64,000 nucleotides of DNA from positions 260,896,001 to 260,960,000 of the forward strand of contig OZ024740.1 of NCBI GenBank assembly GCA_964016885.1, given 5' to 3'. The translations under genes were made by a program, and so were the position numbers. This document shows, piece by piece, positions 55,989-64,000 of this stretch; within the stretch, counting starts at the first letter, position 1, and the number at the start of each line of letters is the position of its first letter. The notes beneath the pieces are model-generated. The model was not told the DNA's origin. It made no database searches and saw only the letters and a list, made by a program, of their open reading frames with translations. This DNA is from Eledone cirrhosa (taxonomy: Eukaryota).

Positions 55989-56533
55989 AAAGTAAAACCT
56001 ACTACAGTCAGTAGGCATCTCTAACAAAATACAACCCCGTCCCACCACCCCCACCCCATCCACACCGCCCCTTTCAATGTAAAGTTATGTTGGTGCCACA
56101 AAATCCAGGCCGAAGGCAACACGGCAAAAACCTCCCAGTCCCACACTGTAAATGTGGTTGGTGTTAGGAAGGGCATCCAGCTGTAGAAAACCCGCCAGAC
56201 AGTCCACGCTGTAAATGTGGCCGTGTAGGCAACACGGTAAAAACCTCCCAGCCCCACACTGTAAATGTGGTTGGTGTTAGGAAGGGCATCCAGCTGTAGA
56301 AAACCCGCCAGACAGTCCACGCTGTAATGTGGCCGTGTAGGCAACACGGTAAAAACCTCCCAGCCCCACACTGTAAATGTGGTTGGTGTTAGGAAGGGCA
56401 TCCAACTGTAGAAAACCCGCCAGACAGTCCTATGCGAGCAAGACAACCACTCTTGCCTCAAGTGGGAAAACTCCCATCCAAACCCATGCAAGCGTGGAAC
56501 ATGGATGTTAAACGATGATGATGATGATGATGA
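55796..56533 (+). repeat. RTE-type 3'-end repeats with about 113-bp tandem triplication and (GAT)n tails
   Basis: GTGGTTGGTGTTAGGAAGGGCATCCAGCTGTAGAAAA at ~55804, 56154, 56267 and 56379. Confidence 0.8.
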
Positions 56534-56536
56534 TAT

Positions 56537-56586
<50 letters not shown>

Positions 56587-56609
56587 ATATGTATACATAT
56601 ATATAACCA

Positions 56610-56646
<37 letters not shown>

Positions 56647-56789
56647 GAGAGAGAGAGTGGTTGATTATTGATAGTTTGATACAACATATATAATAATAAT
56701 AATGATAATAACAATAATCAATAAGAGCAGCTATTTATGGTTATCTTTGTGTTTCTTCACAATATACCAACACTATATAGAATATTCAT

Positions 56790-57320
56790 GATATGCACAA
56801 TTACATGTGCACTACATCTGATTCCTCTTATACCCAGTTTTTCTCTCAGTTCATAAATGCCCAGTCATTCATTCATGCAGGCTGCTGCTAGTATTACAAA
56901 TCTATTGGAGCATGCTTGCTTCATTTCTTTCTCTCCAGTCTATGAATATCTTCTGCATTTACGACACGTCTTACTGCCGTGCCACATTATACTTTTCACC
57001 CAAGCATCATACCATCTACTCAATATTCAGATGGTAAAATCCCTTTGTTACCAACAGAGGTAGTAGCTCCCTGAATTTGTTTTAGCTTGTTCTTATTCTA
57101 GCTACTATGCTATCAAAGCAACCTCCTTCACTGCTTATTGGGTCACCTAAGTAACAGAAACTATCAGCTACTGCTGAGGTACTCTACTGTGATTGAAAAA
57201 GATTTATTTCATTGTTGTTCTTGCTACTCCCTACCTAGGTCCATCTGCCACATGCAAAATCTATCTTTTCTTTTAGCCTACCTTCAGTCCCATTAGACAT
57301 CTTGTGTACATTGTATAAAG
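56790..57320 (-). mobile_element. RTE LINE remnant
   Basis: FCYLGD and LLVTKGF segments homologous to 49100-49270. A further plus-strand remnant at 59885-60405 is split by a SINE. Confidence 0.65.
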
Positions 57321-59454
57321 TTCTTACTCCTTGATATGCATTTTATATAATTGTTTCTACTTTAGGCACAAGGCCAGCAATTACCCAGTGCATTACTGGT
57401 ACTTTATTTTATAGACCCTGTAAGGATGAAAGGCAAAGTCAACCTCGGCAGGATTTGAACTCAGATCGTAAAGGGACGTAACTATGCTGGAAAGCATGGC
57501 GTCCGACCCTCTACCGATACTGTCAATCCACCGCCCTTTTGCATTTTATATAATGTAGTATCATCATCATTATCATCGATTAACGTCCATCTTCCACGCT
57601 AGCATGGGTTAGACAGGTCTTATTTTAAGGCAAGTTGTGTCAGGTGACCGTGTTTCGCTCAATGGGGGGTATTTCTGGCTGGTTTTCGATGGCTGGATGC
57701 CCTTCCTAACGCCAACCACATTTACAGTGTGGGCAGGGGAGGAGAGGGTTGGTGGTGGTGAGAGGGGGGTATACTAGTATGTATATATATATATATTAGA
57801 CCAGTTAGGGAAGAACACATCGATTGTTCATTGTTTTGTTTTGAACCATCTTCATTTTACATTTGAAAAGATGGTATTAATCCTGGAATATTATGTTGAA
57901 ATATGCTGGGTAAAAACATTACTTTGTTTTGTTTTATTTGTCATCCTTTGCTCTTTACATATTTGTTGTGCACTCACTGCAAACAGCCGATACACAAATG
58001 ACGCAGTGAGAACCTGACATAAAACCCACAAACTTTAGAAGTAAAACATACACAGACACAGAAATAGTTAGCCATAGATGTATTTATGAAATATACTTCA
58101 TAAACAAATCAACCAGGTCACTAGGAAGTAGTTGGTAGTTTCTGTTACCTAGATGACATAATTATTGGTGAAAGTGTGAGTTGTGTTCCAACACAACTCC
58201 TTCACTATTCTTCAAGACAACGTTTTCTCCAGTCTTTCAATGGAACCACAAGGTGGACTAACCCTTAAACGAAAGTGAAGTTGATTATCAAAAAAAAGTT
58301 TTTTTTTAACTTTTAGTTTGAATAGAGATGTGGAGGTGTGTAGCCTAGTGGTAAGACTTACAATCATAACGTTGTGTGTTCAATTCATGGGCTGGATTGT
58401 GTATTGTGTTCTGTGGAGGTGTGTGGCCTATTAGTAAGGGTGTTACACTTGCAATAATAATGTTGTGAGCAAAACACTTCATTTCACATTGCTTCTGTAT
58501 ACTAAGCTGAAAATGAGTACCAGCAATAGCTGGAGGTTTAATCCTGTGATGGACTGATGTCCTGTCCAAGCAGGAATCTTGTACTCTCGGTCACTTCATT
58601 CCACAAAACCGGGATAAGCACAATATTGATGAACCACTTGACTTAAGATAGACTTTTGACTATATTAGACTAGACAAGTCTAATATAGTCAAAAGACTAT
58701 ATTAGACTAGACAAGTCTTGAATAACTTCTATATACTTTTCTAGCAATGTAAGATCTCCCGTAATGGCTAGATTATACTTGGCTTATGAGATTTGCTTAA
58801 ACCGAAACATGCCTGGATTTGTCACTGTACTGCTAAAGATCAGATTTATTCCTCTCTACTGTATTCCAAAATAAAATTTTTTTCTCAGCACTAAAAGCTA
58901 TAGTAAGGAAGTTGCTGTTTTCAGACTAGTGTAAACATAAATACAGGCACACTCATATATAATTGTTTCTACTTTTAGCACAAGGCCAGGAATTTGAAGG
59001 AACGGAAAAGTCAATTAAATTGACTCCAGTGGATTACTGGTACTTTATTTTATCGACCCCTGTAAGGATGAAAGACAGAGTTGACCTCAGTGGGATTTGA
59101 ATTCAGAAGGTAAAATGCTGTAATTATATTCCACAAAGTATGTTGCCCAATGCTCTACCGGTGCTACCAATCCACCACCCTACACTCATATATAATACAA
59201 TATAATATATCACACACACAGGCACACACACACATGCACAAACACACACACACATATGTACACACACACACAGATGAACACATGTACAATGTACTTCTAC
59301 ATGAGTTTCTGTCTAGCAAATTTCCTTCACAAGGTACTGGTCAACTTGAAGCTATGCTATGAGACACTTGGTCAAGGTGCTGTGCAATGGGCTTTAATAC
59401 TGGACCATGTGGTTATGAAATAAACTCCTTGACCACGCACCCACATCTGTACCT

Positions 59455-59715
59455 ATATGCTGTGACACATTCTCTAGTGACAACCTAGTGCATTCGGCTA
59501 CCAGCCAAGGCTCTGCTGCCCCCCAGGCCAAAGAGAGCAGGCTGTCCAAGTATCGGACACTCTCTGATAGGTCTGTGGTAGAGTCTGTATCAGTGGAATC
59601 TTCCAGCATTCTTGGCCCTTGGACCACTTCCCTGCTCACTGCTATGAGAGCAAAGTAGCTGTTGCAGTGTTTCTTCCTCACCATCCACCAGGGCATTGTA
59701 TCCTCCATCTTGTCA
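59455..59715 (+). mobile_element. CRE-clade-like non-LTR retrotransposon restriction-like endonuclease C-terminus remnant
   Basis: The plus frame (absent from the ORF track) reads CCDTFSSDNLVHSATSQGSAAPQAKESRLSKYRTLSDRSVVESVSVESSSILGPW...LLQCFFLTIHQGIVSSILS. This matches the D-T..GxAA..E..KY..P..ET.G..G...QRLSLAIQRGNA pattern. Confidence 0.65.
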
Positions 59716-62700
59716 GTGAGACAAAGAGTTGTAGAATACTTGTTCAGGTGTATCACTTATACACACATACACAAAATAGATAAAAAGAATGAAATTGTTT
59801 TCCTCACTACATGTTACATAATATAAGATTGATACTAATTGCACTATAAGCTCTGTGAAACTATATGTATAATTTAAAAACATTTACATAGAAGTAGTTG
59901 ATAGCTTCTGTTACCTAGGTGACCTAAGTAGCAGTGGAGGAAGTTGCTCTGAAAGCATATTAGCTAAGAAGAGGATGGGGAAAGGTTAGGGAGCTACTAA
60001 CTCTGTTGGCAATAAAAGGACTTTCATGTATGATACTGGCATATGTAATACAATGTGGCATGGTAGTAAGACATAGGTTCTAAAAATGTGGAAGATATGA
60101 GAAGTCTAGAAATAAATAAATTGAGCATGCTCCATTTGATGTATAATTGTTTCTACTTTAGGCACAAGGCCAGCAATTACCAGTGCATTACTAGTACTTT
60201 ATTTTATCGACCTCGTAAGGATGAAAAGCAAAGTATACCTCGGCGGGATTTGAACTCAGATCGTAAAGGGACGTAACTATGCTGGAAAGCATGGCATCCG
60301 ACCCTCTACCAATACTGCCAAATGTTAGTGTACATGAATTATGAAACATGGATGAGCTGAGAGAAAAATTGGAATCGTATATAGTGTGCAGAAGAGAAGA
60401 TTGTGGTGGTAGTGAGGATGTTGGTTGTGATGGTGGTGGTGGCGGTGGTGTAGTGATAACGATGATGATGGTGGTGGGGGTGACAACAACAATGATGATA
60501 ATGATGATCATGGTGATCATAGTGATCATGGTGATGATAATGACAATGATGATGAGGATAATGACAATGATGATGATGATGATGATTTAAACAGCATATA
60601 TAAACTCATTTTAAAATGTTCCTTACTGCAGAATCCTCTTGTAAAAATCAAAAGCTGAATAATTCAGTGTCAGTGAGGTATTGTTAAGATTTCTGTAGTC
60701 TTTAGATGGAATTATTAGAAATTTCTCATTTCTAAAGATAAGGTGAATGTTCTGATCAAATATTATCTTATTCTAGCTTTCTATATCTTTCAACATTTTC
60801 TTAATAAGAAGTCACTTTTAACACATCTTGTTCTTAACTTCACTTTTATCTTAAATAAGATTTGTTGTACTCCAGTATATTCCCTCACACCAGCTTGTAA
60901 AGTGAATGTAAAATGATGATGATGATGATGATGGTGGTGGTGATGGTGCTGGTGGTGGTGCTGGTGGTGGTGCTGGTGGTGGTGCTGGTGCTGGTGGTGG
61001 CAGTAGTGATTAGGGTGGTGATGGTGGTGATGATGATATGTTGCTGGCTTGTGTCTAAACTATGAATACATTGCCATCAATATGAAACAGAAAAGTAAAA
61101 AAAAAAGTTATCATGTAAATGCCATGTTGTCAGTAGCAATGGAATTAATTTAATTCATCAGAACCAATTATTGGTTTCAACATCAAAACTACACTGTGGA
61201 TATTACAAAGTGTAAAGGACAGATTAACAAGATCTTTTCAACTTTGCTAAAAGACATTTTCAATGATTCTGCAATCAATATATTTATCATCATTCTCAAA
61301 CACATTAAAATCGTATTCAATATTCAATCACTTTAATTTGTGTTTCTATGCGGTCACTGATAAAGACCAAAATTCTATAGTGAAAGGTGTTATTGCTGCT
61401 GTTGGAATTGTTAGAGAGCTTCTTGGCAGCAATGATTTTCTCAGTTCCTCAAGCAGTAATATAAAGAAAGTCTGTGAATTGAAAAGAAAGGTTCTAGTTG
61501 TTTGGAGAGATTCTTGTCTTAAAGAATATAAGGTAAAAACGAATGGATTCATTAGGGACATCAGATGAAATACTGCTTTGCCATATTTGTTCTGGCCTTT
61601 TGCACTTTGAGCTCAAATCCCACCAAGTTTAACTTTGTCTTTTAAGGTTGATAACATACAAGTAGCATGACAATTATAATTTTTACATCTGCTTTCCATG
61701 CTGCTTTTGGTTAGATGAGTTGTCACGATCCAAGCCAGTTCTTATTCACAGATACTCTCTTTCTAGATCTTCCTAGGTAACTAGAAGAACCATGTCTTGC
61801 TCATACGTTCCATTTTGATATGGATTCTACAGCTGAGTGCCTTACCAAATACCAGCTGCTTTACAAAGTGCACTGGGTAGTTATCAACACTGAAGATGAT
61901 GTCATGTCCTCAGTAAGACCAAAGAGTTTTTTTTATCCTAGGCTATCTCCATTCATTCCTCAACCACATTATAGAGTGTACTGGATGCACTTTATCATAA
62001 CACCAACACAAGAGAGGTTTCCTTGTCCTCCACAAGTTAAAATGCTTCTTCAGCAAGTTGTTAAACAATGGTAGTTAAAATAATGTTTGAGCAAGTAGCT
62101 AGACAATAGCAGTTAAAATAAAAGTGAGATTTACTAACTCTTCTTCTCTTTCTGGTAAACACAGTTATATATAAAATCAAAATTTATTGTGAAAGAGAAC
62201 TGAATGAATATCTGGCACAATACACAAACAAGGAGCTTAAACTGCAGACATTTGGCTATATTAAAAAGAAAATGGCATTGTTGTTATAGATTATTCAGAT
62301 AAAACTGAGTTTATCTTTTGTTTTATATGATTGAAATACAGAAAGTAAAACAACATTGAATGACTAGAGAGAGTTGTGTAACACTAAGACTTCAGTTGAT
62401 TCACTAACGTACCCTGTTACTTCTTCAGGTAAACTTTTATATTGTCAGGAACAGCTGTTAAGAATGTTGTAGTCTACTTATTGATTCTGCCAGTCAAATA
62501 TCCATGCTTTGACAAGTATTTAGATCTTTCACTTACAATAAAACTTCTATTTCTAGAGTCTTTTGTTTAAAAACTCAACATTTTATTTGGATTTTTTTTT
62601 TCCCTTGTGTAATTTGATTTATAAGAGGCCCAGATTTGATATAAATTTTTACCATTATTTATTATTGCTTGCTGTTCCTATGGTTACACAGAACCTGATT

Positions 62701-62894
62701 AAATAACAAATGTTATTTAGAATTTTGAACATAAGTTTGCTTAATGTAAGCTGCTACAATTACAAACAGCTTAATTATAAGATAGTCAAACAAGTTGGAT
62801 ATATAAGCACCTGGAGATGGGAAAAAGTAGATAGAGTCACCTGTGGGAAAGGAACATGTGTGTGTTGTATGTTGGATTGTTGCATCATCATCAC

Positions 62895-63385
62895 CATTTA
62901 ACATTCATTTTTCCATGCTAGCAAGGGTTAGACAGGTTGTCACATTATTGGACAAGTCAGATCAGGTAATCATGTCCTACTCATACAGAACTTTCTATGG
63001 CTCAGTTTCTATGGCTGGATGCCCTTCCTAACACCAATCATATTTACAGTATGGGCTGGGTGCTTTTTATCGTGTTACCAGCATGACCACATTACAGGTG
63101 GACTGGGGACTTTTTTATCGTGGCACCAAAACGACCAACTGACATGTTGGATTGGGTGCGTTTTGTCACCAACACAACAACTTTACAGTGTGGACTGGGT
63201 GCTTTTTCCTCATGACACCAGCACGACCACCTTACAGAATGGATTGGGTGTTTTTTTTTTTTACCTGTCAACAGCATAATCACTTTACATGGTGAACTGG
63301 GTGTCTTTTGTTGTGTTACCTGCACAACCGCTATTGCAGGGTGAAATGGGTGTTTTTTGTTGTGTTACCAGCATGACTGTATTAC
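62895..63385 (-). repeat. RTE 3'-end-derived degenerate repeat of about 50 bp
   Basis: GGCTGGATGCCCTTCCTAAC followed by repeated TTACAG..GGACTGGGTGC..ACCAGCATGAC units. Confidence 0.55.
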
Positions 63386-64000
63386 CATTTAATTTATCTG
63401 CTACATTTCCCTTCTCATTTCCCTTGCATTTTAGTGGCTTTATTACCTTGCTTGGGGTGAGTAAATTAAAAAGAAAAAATACAAAAAAAATTCCTATCCA
63501 TTCCATGAATGTCACTTTAGAGAGAAGCTATGTTGTTCCCATCCATTAATCTGTCATCATTACACCTTATCATTTCCTGGGCATAACCCACAGTCCAACA
63601 GAGAAACTTAACAAACATACAACCAGGATGTACTTTGCCTCAATTATATAGCTGAAAATGAAGTATTTCTAGGAAACATTGATATCTCTAACAATAATAT
63701 AATGACGTGTTCATTATATTAATAGAAATAATATCAACTTCACTCTTCAGTCTGTTCCAAGATAGTCTTAAGTACCTTTAAACAAGAATCTACTAAATGT
63801 CCTCTTGCCATCCATCTTCTATTATAATTCCATTCACATCCATTATGCATAATGTATTATAAGAAAATAAATCAACCCAAACACAAGGGTTGGCATGAAT
63901 ACCAAATTCAAGATAGTAAGCTCGGCTTTTAATCCTTATATTAGGCTAGCACTCCTTTGATGATAAGTCTGCTGGATCTTAGTTACCCAGGAATTAACAT

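Noticed and set aside
59394-59756. 120-aa minus-strand host gene
   Set aside because: The opposite strand explains it better as a retroelement endonuclease remnant.
61263-62560. Host coding exons in unique-looking sequence
   Set aside because: Short ORFs with no recognisable domain. Splice-like motifs do not bound an open frame.

Overview
AT-rich, repeat-saturated animal DNA. The SINE/RTE families and microsatellite load suggest an octopod cephalopod, which is an inference. No host protein-coding exon can be supported, and nearly all listed ORFs are microsatellite artefacts. The window holds retroelement remnants: RTE-type LINEs (one uninterrupted 441-aa RT ORF), Tx1/L1, CR1-like, a CRE-like RLE fragment, a Gypsy-like gag-pol, Penelope-like (PLE) RT/GIY-YIG pieces, two tRNA-derived SINE families and small DNA-transposon remnants. 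The main signal is a dense set of about 13 loci with minimal type-I hammerhead ribozyme (HHR) motifs from several sequence families. They usually have a self-complementary loop 3, several have greatly extended stem II, and most lie at (TA)n tracts. Five sit inside 230-420 bp near-perfect fold-back palindromes that put one hammerhead on each strand. Two HHRs mark the 3' ends of GIY-YIG-coding PLE copies, linking the short elements to PLEs. Other highlights are a 2-kb 22-bp minisatellite that appears to derive from an RTE coding segment, stacked Tx1 insertions in (GATA)n, a Helitron-like head-to-tail junction, and apparent CpG depletion in the right quarter. All folds and alignments were done by eye, and coordinates of degenerate repeats are approximate.
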